A stretch of DNA of 63,376 nt, filler included, from Octopus bimaculoides (Eukaryota), in assembly GCF_001194135.2 (NCBI RefSeq). It is 7 parts of 5 records of this genome, joined end to end, with 100 filler letters (N's around TTAATTAATTAA, not from the genome) between each part and the next. Parts side by side here need not be neighbours in the genome. Positions count along the whole stretch, not along the records: positions 1 to 7,398 come from NC_068987.1; positions 7,499 to 28,315 come from NC_069003.1; 5 more parts are not named here. One strand, given 5' to 3'. Below, piece by piece: positions 1 through 12,793 of this stretch. The position numbers and the translations under genes were made by a program. Under the pieces are notes generated by a model. The model ran no database searches, had not been told where the DNA came from, and saw nothing but the letters and a program-made list of their open reading frames with translations. Position 1 is the stretch's first letter; each line of letters starts with the position of its first letter.

Positions 1-150
1 CGAAGACAGGTGGTGTAAACAACAAATGGATGTATTAGTTTAACGCTCGGGAATAGAGAAAGTCTTTGACGTTTCGACCTACGCTCTTCAACTGAAAGGA
101 ACACAGAAAGAAACAAGGAGAGAAACAAGGAGAAAACAAATATAAATGTA
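1..150 (-). repeat. Dispersed repeat, probably a Penelope terminal-repeat remnant (second copy about 57545-57700)
   Basis: gtattagttt..cgctc.gga..aaagtctt.gacgtttcga.cctacgctcttc..c.gaaag shared between the two copies. Confidence 0.6.
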
Positions 151-545
151 GTGGTCAGTGATCTATCATGGCGATAGATATATATAATTGTATAGAATAC
201 AATTATATTTAAGAGTATATAAACTACCATGCCTATATGCTAGAAGTAGATGCCAGATACGTCCAGCCACTATAAGTTTACACTTCATAATACAGAGGTT
301 GAAATTACGCAGTGAAAAATTATAATGGCTGGGCGTATTTGGCGTATACTTCTAGCATATAGGCATGGTAGCTTCTGTGTCCTTAATTATAATTGTATTC
401 TATAGAATTATATATCTCTATATATGAATTTTACCTGAAAGGTTATTTTTTTATATGATGGCCACTGATAAAATTCATTAATTTTAATGATTTTATCCTT
501 TAATTATGTTTACACGCACACATACATACAAGTACATACATAGTA

Positions 546-547
<2 letters not shown>

Positions 548-629
<82 letters not shown>
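548..629. repeat. (AAT)n immediately followed by (ATT)n, a self-complementary microsatellite
   Basis: Read directly from the sequence. Confidence 0.95.
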
Positions 630-639
630 TCTTTTATTG

Positions 640-1375
640 GCCACAAGGGCCCTAAATAATAATCCTTTCTACTAAAGCCACAAATTTTGGAGGAGGGGAC
701 TAGTCGATTACATCGACCCAGTGTTTCACAGGTACTTAATTTACCAGCCCTGAAAGGATGAAAAGCAAAGTCAAATAAGGATAACTTTATTCAGGTTTTA
801 ACCCTGAAGTTTACTCTATTAAGCTCATCCACAGGTATAGGCTATCAGACATACAATAATCCGGAGATTGCTTTGTCAAACATATGTCTGAAAATCTACA
901 AATATCCTCAGAGTTTATACAAAACAGAAATTAGTTAATAGATTAGAAAATGTTGAAGTATATTTCACAAACGTAGTTCTAATCAAAAATGTAATGAAAA
1001 GAAGGGTAGGAATAACCAGAAAAAATATTTGGGGAGGAGTTAGTCATTTAATTCAACTTAACTGGTACTTTATTTTATCAACCCTGAAAGAAGTGAAGAC
1101 AAAGTTAACCTGGGTGGAATTTGAATTCATAACGTGAAAAGCCAGAACTATCACAAGGCATTTTATCTGGTACTCTTATGGTTCTGCCAATTCATCATCT
1201 ATTGTAAGGTTAATAATGGTTTCAAATTTTGGCACAAGGCCAAACTTTTAGAGGGAGATGGCAAGTCGATTACATCGACCTCAGTTCTAAAATGGTACTT
1301 ACTGAAAGATAAAAGGCAACGTCGACGTCGGCGGAATTTGAACTCAGAATGTAAGGATTCTACCAGCTCGCCGCT
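640..1375 (-). mobile_element. Three partial minus-strand copies of the GGCGGCGAG SINE family (about 640-780, 1030-1150, 1225-1375)
   Basis: Reverse complement of the family body (aaaggatgaaaagcaaagtc, ggaatttgaactcagaatgtaag). Further minus copies at about 20050-20255, 27425-27560 and 53440-53642. Confidence 0.75.
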
Positions 1376-1506
1376 TTCATTGATACTAATATCAATGAAC
1401 AGTTTCAAACCTTAATATCTTTTAAAAAAACATCCTCCAATCATGCCATTTCAAGAAACTTTTCAGCACGAACTGCATAACAGTTAGTTACAGTTACATC
1501 CCTGAC

Positions 1507-1548
1507 ATGAAAAACATTATAGCGCTTAAGTCAATAATGTCACCTGAG
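1507..1548 (+). CDS. Candidate first coding exon of troponin C (MKNIIALKSIMSPE, or MSPE from ATG 1537)
   Basis: In-frame ATGs at 1507 and 1537 end at a strong donor GAG|GTAAGC (1548/1549) in phase 0, matching the phase-0 start of exon 2073-2097. Possible upstream acceptor TTTTCAG at 1466. No homology support for this short peptide. Confidence 0.45.
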
Positions 1549-2072
1549 GTAAGCTGCACACAACAAACACAAATACGTGTCCGCTCGATCAATCATGTAC
1601 ATTATACGTGTGTGTCTAGGGAGTAGGTAAGATGTATGTGCGTGTGTGTGCGCGCGCGTGTATTAGAAAGAATGTGTCAGCGTTTAGTTGGCTTCTAAGT
1701 ATAAGGCCAACTGCAATAATTTCAGTCAACTGCATCGAACCTCACATTAATACTGACATTCAAAATTGCAAGCCTGAATTCTAATTCTAAGCCTTACTCC
1801 AACCCTTAACACCAAACCATAAGCCATAAACCTAAACCTGGCTACCTCTGCTGTGGTCTTCATTGGTTTGTAAATGTAACAATCGTTCAGATCTAAAGCC
1901 CTATTACCATTGTTAGTCACAACCCACCCACATGTTTGTAAAATAACGTTGAGATTTTTGTGTGCTTATTTAGATTTCTTGTATTTGATGAAGGCTTGAG
2001 CTGATTATACATGTTCCAACCTTTGTATATCTTGCGAGATATCTAACGAGATGTTATTTTTATATTTTGCAG

Positions 2073-2097
2073 GGAGTCACAGATAAACAAGTAAACG
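2073..2097 (+). CDS. TnC: Troponin C 25-nt exon (GVTDKQVN + first base of D)
   Basis: Acceptor tttttatattttgcag and donor AACG|GTAAG. Phase 0 to 1, joining exon 5222 to give GVTDKQVNDAQQAFNLFDKK, which resembles the recalled scallop TnC N-terminus (VTEKQFNDAHQAF). Confidence 0.8.
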
Positions 2098-4520
2098 GTA
2101 AGGCTTTTTATTGTACAATTTATTATACCACTTCTATTTGTTCTCTTCTTTTTTTTTATTAGAAAACGAATCCTCCTTATATCTCCAATATGATAATAAA
2201 TAAAGGAACCTTTTTCAATACTCTTTCGGTAACTATTTTACAAAGAATGAAAAACGACGATAACCGCAGGTGTAACTTTACAGTGAATTAATAAATGCAT
2301 TTCATAAAAGAAAACATATTTACTCTTGATATCATTTGACAGGCTATCTACAGACTTCCTACCGGATTTATCTGTTGGGAAAACACAATTTATTTCTCTT
2401 TGATGTTTCTGTATCTTGTTTACTCCCTTTTTAATGCCGGTACTGAGATCCTGAGTCCTTATACGTTTACGTTTAATTTTGTGGATGTAACCAGAGAAAG
2501 TTGAAAGACGTTAGGACCTAGCTAAGCTGGATTTTGCTTCCAAATCAGCGTCAGTGTAAAGTGGCATGCTCTCTTCTTGAGGGGTATGCTGGTAGGGCAA
2601 AGTTTGCGCCAAAATCCAAATTAATTAAATTATTTTGAAATCTGAAAGAAACCTAGTTTACTAAGAGCAAACAATATTATGTACAGCGTTGACGAAGGAT
2701 TATGTCCTCCGTTTTACTGAATGTAAAGAAATTCTACCAACTGTAGATATCCGAATATCTTTGGTTTCCAAAGCTGTTCCTTCTTGAAATATAGATATTT
2801 AGTACAAAATTTGAATAAAGAAACTTTTATGCATAAAAGTGATTAACTTACTATTGTAAGGTGTCACCTTCAGTTACTATTGTTGATTTTAGAAAATCTA
2901 TATCAGCACGAGATTCCTACATGATGCCACCCACATCTATTATCACTTAAGGCGGCAAACTGCCAGAATTGTTAGGACGCCGGTTAAAATACTTAGTGGT
3001 CTTCCTTCCGGTTTTGTCCAAATGCTGCCGAGATCATCTTTACTTTTCATCCTTTCGGGGTCGATGAAATAAATACCAGTTAAATACTGTGGGTCAATGT
3101 GATCGACTGCCCCCTCCCTTCAAAGTTGCTGGTCTTATTTCCAAGATCAGAAAGAATTATTTCTTACTTATTGTCAAATTTATACTAACACAGCGTTTCT
3201 GTTAGATATCATTACTCATGGTGTATTTCCTTTCTTGATAATGAAATCAGTATCAAGGCTAAAGTATCAACTACAGTTGTCATATTTCGTTTTTCTCAAT
3301 TCTGTCGTCACACAAGATTCCCGCAAGGAATTGCATGCAGTTATGAAAAGCTTAACAAAGGCTTCAAGAATAGGCGAACGTGGGAACCACTAAGTGGTCA
3401 CATCCTATCACCATAAAAAAGGAAGAATACATTTGATAACTTAGTCGTAATTAATCCCCAAATAATGCGAATCTGAATATACTGTCTGAAAAATTGAAAG
3501 GCTGATGAGGGTTGATGGAAGCTAGTCTACTTCAATAACACTGACTCGGGGTTTAAACATCAACAAGGCTCTAAAAGAGAAATAATTTCTAATATATTTG
3601 TCGAATATATTCGTTGGATTAAGATATTTTATCGTGAAATTTCCACTAAAAATACCATTTTTTCATTCTTCTAGCCACAGAGCTATGGTTATGTTGTGTA
3701 TGTGTGTGTGTGTGTGAGGGAGGAAGAGAGAAAGAGAGAGAGAGCCTGTGTATATGTTTGAATGTATTTGAATACATGCGCATACATATATATATATACA
3801 TGAAATGTAAATCATACGTGAGATGCATTGCATAATACTCCTCACATCTAAAATACTGTTTCATAATCAACAACACTTCTCAAAGACTCTGCACTCAGGC
3901 TGGTTACACATTTTATCGCAGCAAAAAATCTATAGAATAACCAGGATTCATGCTGTAATCTGGATCAATTCAAGTGACTACTATCTTCACCATGTAGATT
4001 TTTCTATTCTGTGCTTTCAACAAATCAATCAATATTTTAGCCAATTTTAAGGTGGCGAACTGGCAGAATCGTTAGCACGCCGAGTGAAATGCTTAGCAGC
4101 GTTTTGTCCGTCCTTACGCTCTGAGTTCAAATTCCACCGAGGTCGACTATTTCTTTCATCCCTTCGGGATCGATAAAACAAATACCAGTTGAACATTGGA
4201 TTGATGTAATCGTCTTATCCTCTTCCTTGAAATTTCTGGCCTTGTGCCAAAATTTGAAACAAATATTTTTAGCATATTTAGACTGGCAATAATGTAAGGA
4301 TTCTACCAAGTTCAAACAAATTCGTGAAGATATTGAGGTACCCATCTACAGTATTATATTCATATTCGGTTTTATCAGCCGTGTTATAACTGGCCTCACA
4401 ACACTCAGTTCCGTGTATCAAACTATAAAACTACTCTAGTAAGAGAGATAATGTTTCTTAGTGAATAAATATATCGCCCAATATAAATATTTTTCAGAAC
4501 ATATTTCGGAATGCATCACG

Positions 4521-4657
4521 TATGCTACAGAGATACTTCTTATATGGAAATGCTACAAATGATATGAAGGAACCACATATGATACAAAAGTGCTACATAT
4601 GATATAGAGGTGTTAAATATAATGTAGGGATACTGCATGTGATATGGAGGTACTATA
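4521..4657. repeat. Degenerate 20-bp minisatellite (consensus about TATGATATGGAGGTGCTACA), about 7 units
   Basis: Units at 4558, 4578, 4598, 4618 and 4638 align at a 20-bp period. Confidence 0.75.
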
Positions 4658-5221
4658 TAAATGGCGATACTTCGTATATGTTGTATCGATAGTTAGCATG
4701 AACTGTAATAGTGGCTGGATTTGAAAAATGTTTAACTATCTAGTGTGAACATCCACGTCTGATTCGTCCTTTTTCTTTTTCTTTTCTCTTTTACTTGGTA
4801 CAAGGAAATATGTTACTAAGCATTCCAAAATTATGGAAGTGAGGGCTAAATTTGAACCCAGAAACTTTGTTGTAAATTTCATTACTGTTATCTAAACCAA
4901 CATTTTCTTTAGATTAAAAAAAAACCCAGCATAATATATAACACACACAACAAAAAACAAATATATAAGAGTAAGGACAACGCAAAGTGAAAGATTGCGT
5001 GTGTGTGTGCGCGCGCGTTTGTGCGTACGTGTGTGTATGTAAGTGTATGTGTATGTGTGTATGTGTGTATGTGCATGCGTGAGTGTGCGTGCGTATGTGT
5101 GTACATGTAAGAGAGATCAGGAGCAAATAGTTGCAAAATAACCCCAAAACGTATGACATGCTATCATACGCCATCATTCTAGAACGTTCTGTCATGTTCT
5201 TTAAACTTTACCCCGTTTTAG

Positions 5222-5365
5222 ATGCCCAACAAGCTTTCAACTTGTTTGACAAGAAGGGAGACGGCGCGGTACCCACTAAAGAGTTGAATAATGTGTTTAA
5301 AAGTCTCGCCCTGCATGTTGCTGACCACAAACTGCAGTTGTGGGTTGATGAAATGGATGAGGAAG
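5222..5365 (+). CDS. TnC: Molluscan-type troponin C exon: EF-hand I and start of EF-hand II (DAQQAFNLFDKKGDGAVPTKELNNVFKSLALHVADHKLQLWVDEMDEE)
   Basis: Acceptor ccccgttttag, donor GAAG|GTAAGT, 144 nt, phase 1-1. The peptide follows recalled scallop TnC (AFKLHDKKDEGAVSNKELTNLFKSLGLHVSDDKLQQWVDEMDED), not calmodulin. Confidence 0.88.
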
Positions 5366-6258
5366 GTAAGTATGTGAGACACATCTTTGTCGTCGTCTGT
5401 ACCTGCAGCTCTACATCATGTGTTATCATATTTACGTCTGATGTTTTCATGGAGGTTCTTGTGGCCTCTGTATGTGTGTATGTTTGTGTGTATATGTGTA
5501 TGTGGGGTTATGAGTTTAATGTGAGATACACAACGGCACAACAGCTATACTATAAATCCATAGCAAAGACCAGAACGCTGATCAAATTTTGACGCTGACC
5601 AAAATAATACGTAGACACTGTTTTGAGATGGAATATTACAGGGAACTATTGTTGATCTCTTCACACCCATAGCAGAATCTGAATCTAGTACTGCCAAATG
5701 AAACATTGTTTCGTTCACACAGTAGTGGGATGCGTGCGGGCAAAGCTATTAGTTACAGCAAGGTCAAATCAGCCTGAAGCAGCTGAGTTCTTAGTTATTG
5801 AAAGTGAGAATACAGCACTATAACACACTATAGTGCTTCATATGACAGCACAGAAATTATTTAGTTTATAGTTTAATGCTATGTGAGACTGACATAACAG
5901 AGTGCGTACCTCGGAGACATGGGAGTCTCTCCAGGTCGATCAGCCACTTCTCCGTAACGAGAGGTTACAGTTCCCTTACTACTGACATGTGATAAGAATG
6001 CCGTAGGAAAGATTCGCAAGACAGATTCTACAAGCTGATCCGGCAACCAAGTGACCTTAGAATAGACCAAGAACAAGATAGTTGGATAATATTCATTGCC
6101 ACAGTTTGTCAGGCCTAGAAATCCACCCGGAAAGTCAAATGACGGCTACTTCTGGTAGGACCCTATGGAGGCGGTGCCTGAGGATTCTACCTCCACGACC
6201 TTCCTCAGGAATAGTGAGCGAAGAGTATTGGAGGATAACTATATCAGTATTATATGGT

Positions 6259-6302
<44 letters not shown>

Positions 6303-7051
6303 NNNNNNNNNNCACAATCACTCACAAAAAATTTGTTAAACTATCATAATCAACTCTGCATGGCTGAATGGTTAGGAAGTTCGCTCCACCAGATCCCAGG
6401 TTCGATCTTGCTACTTGAATCTCGAACTATGAATTTTGCCATAGTTTCCGGTCGACGCAAGCCTTGTGAATGAAATTAATTTGATGGAAATAGTTTGTGA
6501 GCCCGGAACATGCACAGCACAGTATTTTCCGGCATACAAATCGACAGCGTAGTTTAATAGTATAAATATTCAAACGTCTCTAGTGTTTCCAAATTCTGTT
6601 ACGTTTCACGTGGTATTTTCGGTCCTCTAAAACCATCTTGGTACATAAGCCAACCAACGTTTCTTTCGGCTGTAAATTTTAGGCTGAAAATTTCGAATTG
6701 TATGCCGGGAAATACGGTGGTGCACCTGTCATTGGAAGGGCCAGTGTTGTCAACTATTGTGGTACACAAATACTTCCTCCCAACTACTTTAAGGAAACAC
6801 GTATCTTTGGGACACTTAGTCACTAACGCCTATATTCAAGCAGGCTGTGGTTCAGTTGATCGATCTATTGAGTATTCATAGTCAATTCTATGAAAGAACT
6901 ATAAGATAAAGGAAGCTTTTTCGTCCAAGGAAGCATTACAAGTGCATGAAAATCTGTAGCGGGGTGCATCTGTGCTGTTATCAGTTTTCGTCATAAAAAT
7001 ATGAACACGGCTTCCTGGATCAGTGTCAGCCTGAAGCTAAGCAACGTCACC

Positions 7052-7274
<223 letters not shown>

Positions 7275-7278
7275 GTGT

Positions 7279-7398
7279 ACGCTAGACTTAGATAAGACAC
7301 ATAGGCAAGGCCCCGGTTACTGGAAACTAAACGCGTCTTTCCCGTCGAGACAGGTTTTCAGAGACCGGATTAGCACGTTAGTAAAGAGGGCTTTGACG
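7279..7398 (+). mobile_element. L1/Tx1-type LINE ORF2 fragment cut by the assembly spacer
   Basis: Open frame [40 protein letters not shown]; GPGYWKLN is the post-endonuclease motif of L1/Tx1 ORF2. Confidence 0.75.
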
Positions 7399-7498
7399 NN
7401 NNNNNNNNNNNNNNNNNNNNNNNNNNNNNNNNNNNNNNNNNNTTAATTAATTAANNNNNNNNNNNNNNNNNNNNNNNNNNNNNNNNNNNNNNNNNNNN
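7399..7498. other. Artificial 100-bp scaffold spacer (44 N + TTAATTAATTAA + 44 N); also at 28316-28415, 34809-34908, 41523-41622, 58552-58651 and 61102-61201
   Basis: Six identical constructs; TTAATTAATTAA puts a stop in all six frames. Confidence 0.95.
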
Positions 7499-9352
7499 GA
7501 AGGTTAACTTTGCGCTTAGTTCTATCGAAACCATCAAAGAAATGTATCAACCCAAGTCGGTGGAGTGGTGATGCTATAAGACCGTCGAACCAGATGCCTC
7601 GTGGTATTTCGTCTGGTTCTTTAAGTTCTGCGTTCAAATCTTACCATAGCCCAGTTGGGTGGTAGACTTAACCCGTCGTCCCTTTTAATACAACCACTTG
7701 ACATTTTGGATGCCTCTGGTGATAAAAACAAATGTTATAGTCACCTTCTTGATTCAAGCCGACTGATAAGATCCGGTTTTCCGGTTTCCATCGCTTATAA
7801 GTTCCCCACCTGGACAGGACACTGATCCATCACAGGGTTATTCATTCTTGTCAGATGATTGGACTGGAGCAACGTGAAATGAAGTGTTTTGCTCAAGACC
7901 ACAACGCATCGCCCGAAACGAAACCACTAGGAATCGAAACCACAACCTTACGATCGTGAATTCAACATTCTTACCACTAAGCCACGCGCCTCCACTGCCT
8001 CTGGTGGTGGGGTGAAAATGAAATGTTCATTTTGTTCCAAGGATTCAGAGCATGTTTCCAGTTTAAGGATATCATTGGTGAATCCCGGAGCAATATAGAA
8101 GACATTTAGCCAAGGTCAAGCACAATGGGACCGAACCTGAAACCATGCGGTTGCGAGACAAACACTTTTCAGGCACATACTTTCACTTGTCTGATTCCAC
8201 GTGGTAGTTTTTTTTTTTTTCTCGTTGTTTCCTCTTTGCCTCGAATTTTACTTTCGTTATTTATGAGTGTGATTTTTATACACACACACACACACCATGA
8301 GTAAGACTTAATTGACATGCCTGGGTCATCTATAAATCATAAGGATGCTGGATCAATGGTGATCTGTGCTGCTCAAAAACAACTTCGCTCTCATGTGGGA
8401 TTAAAAGAGTGTATGAATAGTTTCTCAAAAAAAAACGAAACCCAAACGTCTGTTATTAATTAAGCGTTGCGCGTTCTTTTAAAGAGAATATTTAAGAATA
8501 TTCAAGTTTGCCGAATATTTAATGACACTNNNNNNNNNNNNNNNNNNNNNNNNNNNNNNNNNNNNNNNNNNNNNNNNNNNNNNNNNNNNNNNNNNNNNNN
8601 NNNNNNNNNNNNNNNNNNNNNNNNNNNNNNNNNNNNNNNNNNNNNNNNNNNNNNNNNNNNNNNNNNNNNNNNNNNNNNNNNNNNNNNNNNNNNNNNNNNN
8701 NNNNNNNNNNNNNNNNNNNNNNNNNNNNNNNNNNNNNNNNNNNNNNNNNNNNNNNNNNNNNNNNNNNNNNNNNNNNNNNNNNNNNNNNNNNNNNNNNNNN
8801 NNNNNNNNNNNNNNNNNNNNNNNNNNNNNNNNNNNNNNNNNNNNNNNNNNNNNNNNNNNNNNNNNNNNNNNNNNNNNNNNNNNNNNNNNNNNNNNNNNNN
8901 NNNNNNNNNNNNNNNNNNNNNNNNNNNNNNNNNNNNNNNNNNNNNNNNNNNNNNNNNNTATATATATACATATATACGACGGGCTTCTTTCAATTTCCGT
9001 CTACCAAATCCACTCACAAGGCTTTGGTCGGCCCGAGGCTATAGTAAAAAACACTTGCCTAAGGTGCCACGCAGTGGGACTGAACCCGGAACCATGTGGT
9101 TGGTAAGCAAGCTACTTACCACACAGTCACTCCTGCGCCTATTGGCTCTTTTATTACAACCGTTCGCACAATAACAATCCAATACTCCAACGCAAAATCA
9201 ATAACGAGACTAACGCTCTCACCACTCGACCTCTGCTGTTTACTGGCTCAGCTGTTTATAAGGCCTGCCCAGTCCACTGACAGCTACGTGCGAGGGTGGG
9301 GTGTCAGTTTACTCCACAACAAGAATACTGAAGATGGCTGAGCGTCATGTGG

Positions 9353-10080
9353 GAATTGACTGTGCCCCGTGAAGAACACGTAAGGGAAACTCTTGAGAGA
9401 AAGCGTGTCAAGTACCAGAAACTGGTAGAGCAGTGCAGAAACGAAGACTGGTGGGTGTGTTGTGAGTGAATTAAATAGGCTGACGGGGTTTGTGAAGCTT
9501 TTATTCTGCAAAGCTCTAGCTAGACTTGGAGTTAATAGTGCAGCAAAGAAATGGGTTGGTCGGTCGTACATTTTATCACTGAAGCTACAGAGAAAACCAC
9601 AAAGTAACTTTGCATGAAGAAGACAAATCAGTGATTTCTGTTCCCGGGATGAAAACTGGGACTTGGTCAATCGCTGCTGGGCCCAAGTAGACGAAAAGAT
9701 CTGTTGCTGAAAAACCCGAAGCTTCCTAAGGCCTCAGAAACATCACTGATGATGTATCTCAGAGCAGCCGTAAGTCAGATATATCTCTGAACTTGTGTGG
9801 AATTCATTCTGTAAATTCTGACAGTGATTGGAAATAGTGGCATAGCAAATGATGAGGGTAGGTCGTATATTCCCATTACTGAAGATGTACAAAGAGTCAC
9901 TAGGTAACTTTGGATATAGAGGACGGACCACTGGTTTGCTGCTACAGAGACGCAAGCTATGACTTAATCAGCGCCGTTTTTGATCAAATGTAAAAGTGGG
10001 TCTGATGTTAAAAGTATCGAAACCACCTGAGGCCCGAGAAACACCACTAATGATGCGCCCCAGAGCATCAGTGACGTGTA
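9353..10080 (+). mobile_element. HERO-like RLE non-LTR retrotransposon 3' remnant with duplicated 3' UTR
   Basis: ELTVPREEHVRETLERKRVKYQKLVEQCRNEDW matches the RLE motif ELTVPWE..ERKxxKY; the downstream gaaac..cactgatgatg tail resembles recalled HERO 3' ends. Confidence 0.7.
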
Positions 10081-10611
10081 TCTTCGAACAATTAGATTCG
10101 GTACAGTATCCAACTTGAACCCAAGTTCAAATCAGGGATTGGTATACTGTTTACTCTCCAAAAAGCACTAGTGAGATATCTGTGTCGATCCCAACTATTT
10201 CACTACGCTTCTCTTCTCCTACCAAGATATCTAAATATAATAACCACGATGTAATTCTATTTCTTTCTATATGTAAAAGTATGAATGTCGTTAAAAAAAA
10301 AAAGATGGTACAATAATTTTATTTAAATGTGTGTAAAGTGATAATTACCTTAGCGTTTAGAATATGAGATAATATTAATTTATTTCACTCGAAAATGATA
10401 ATTTTTGTCATTTTATATTTGTAGAACATAACATGAAAATTTTGTTACTCTTCTTTTTTCCGGTTTTGAGAAAATTAAATTGGGAAAATGAAATGCTTTT
10501 TTTTCCCCCTCCGATTTCAAACCTGCAAGTGATAATTTAGTTATTTCCACCTTAAATTATATAAAAAGGATAATTTAGTTTTTTATTTAAAAAATTTTAA
10601 ATGACTTACTA

Positions 10612-11429
10612 GTGGTGGTGGTGGTGGTGGCGACGGTAATGGTTTTGAAGGTAGTGATGATCGTGGTAGTGGCGACAGGTCTTGATGATGGCGGCGGCGG
10701 CTGCATAGGCGGCGGCGGTGGTGGTTGTAGTGGTAGTGGTGGTGGTGGTTGTAGTGGTAGTGGTGGTGGTGGTGGTGGTATTAGTAGCAATCGGTTTAGA
10801 GACAGAAATAGTTGCGCTATTGCCAAGGTAGTCATGTGATTATGCCGTTGTTATTTTGGCTGTTATTTAACCCCAGGTCAGCCTTCATTGCGAATATGTA
10901 TAATCAGTCATTCCAGCGGCAACCAATCATGTTTTTTTTGTTTTTGTTTTTTTGGCTATGAAATGGGAAGCCAAGACGTTATTTTGGCTACTATTTCTAG
11001 GATTTGGAAGGACTACATAGGAGAACTTTGCCGTTGGCTGGTGGGTATTGTCTGTCGGGTTTGGAACAGGAAAGGAGGAGCTGGTGATGGTGATCGTGGT
11101 GGTGGTGGTGGTGGTGGTGGTGGTAGTAGTAGTGGTGGTGGTGTTGGTGCTGGTACTGGTGGTGCTGGTTGTGAAGGTAGTGATGGTGGTNNNNNNNNNN
11201 ACAGTAATGGTAATGGTGATACTGATGATGGTGATGATGATGATGATGGTGGTGGTGATCGTGCTAGTGGTGGTGGTGTGGTGGTCGCGGCGGTGGTGGT
11301 CGTGGTACTGCTGTAGGTGGTGGTGCTGGTGACGTTGGTGCTGATGATGACAATGGTGTGGTAGTGGTGGTGGTGGTGGAGGCATTGCGGTCACAGCAAC
11401 AGTAATGGTAATGGTGATACTGATGATGG

Positions 11430-11460
<31 letters not shown>

Positions 11461-11465
11461 GACGT
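10612..11465. repeat. Compound (GGT)/(GAT)/(GGC) trinucleotide low-complexity tracts
   Basis: Read directly; explains the poly-Gly/Pro/Thr/Val ORFs in the track. Confidence 0.9.
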
Positions 11466-11580
11466 TGTTTGGGGCGGGGGGGATAGTGTTCATCGATGTC
11501 TAATATAACATTTTAATTAAAATTGAGGAAAGGTTATCGGACTAGCAATGCTAATGAAACCGAAAGCAATTGCAGTGAAA

Positions 11581-11616
<36 letters not shown>

Positions 11617-12001
11617 CACACACATACACACTGCACACTACCACTGCATACTACCCCCTACACATCTGGGTAGCATTCACCCTTATGTTAAGTAATATCA
11701 CCAATAAAGCAGATGCTACCCGATTTCTATCAACGGCGAACAAATATTTACGTGTACACACACATTCACGCATTCATAAGCGCACACACACACACACATA
11801 CACACATACACACATACACACACACATACACACACACATGCAAACAGATCCACATATTCACCCGCACTAATGCGCACGCATTCATACAGTCACATGTGCA
11901 GATGCAGACGCATGCTCAAACACAACCTCAAACACACACACGCATACACACGCACACACAACAAATCACACACACTTATATACATATTCGAACAGCGAGA
12001 C

Positions 12002-12051
<50 letters not shown>

Positions 12052-12761
12052 CACTGGGTGGCACCTTGGGCAAGTGTCTTCCACTATATGTGTATGTGTG
12101 TGTGTATGTGTTTGTGTATCTGTGTTTGTCCCCCACCCCAACATCGCTTGACAACCTATGCTGGTGTGTTAACGTCCCCGTAGGCTAACGGTTCGGTAAA
12201 AAGCCCGATAGAATAACTACTAGGCTTACAAAAAATAAGCTCTGGGGTCGATTTGCTCGACTATAAAGGCGGTGCTCCAGCATGACCGCAGTCAAATGAC
12301 TGAAACAAGTATATAAAAAAGAGTATATATATATGTGTGTGTGTGTGTGCGCGCGCGCTCTGCATTTATAATATATACAAACTATAAAAATAATAATTAG
12401 AAAAACACTGTTTCTACTTCGCGGATTTTCATCTATTGGGAGGGGTTTTGGAATATAACGCCCGCGATATTCGAGGCATTACTGTACACACACACACATT
12501 TATATACACACATATACATATATTATATATACATCTATATGCATACATATATATACATACATCTATTTATACATATACATGCACGTGTATATATGTGTGT
12601 ATATATACACACACAAACACATGTATATATATTTACACGCACGTATGTGTATATATATATATATATATATACACATGCACATATATATATTTATATATGT
12701 GCTCACGTTCATATTCAGTTATATTCGTTTGTTTGTATGCATGAGTGTGAGCGTGTGTGTG

Positions 12762-12793
<32 letters not shown>

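Noticed and set aside
1785-1845. Telomere-like repeats (aaccct/aaacct)
   Set aside because: Too short and degenerate to support an interstitial telomere or Helitron call.
4521-4657. CRISPR-like or coding array
   Set aside because: Tandem 20-bp units with no spacers in a eukaryotic intron; an ordinary minisatellite.
5131-5592. 153-aa single-exon ORF, and calmodulin as its identity
   Set aside because: Only 5222-5365 is exon and the rest is intron read-through; the sequence fits molluscan troponin C far better than the near-invariant calmodulin.
11201-11455. 57-bp duplicate (11201-11257 and 11399-11455)
   Set aside because: Next to a 10-N gap in low-complexity sequence; likely assembly or slippage artefact.
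10587-11493. Poly-Pro/Gly/Thr ORFs resembling extensin, mucin or glycine-rich proteins
   Set aside because: Open in several frames on both strands, no splice signals, contains a gap; explained by trinucleotide repeats.
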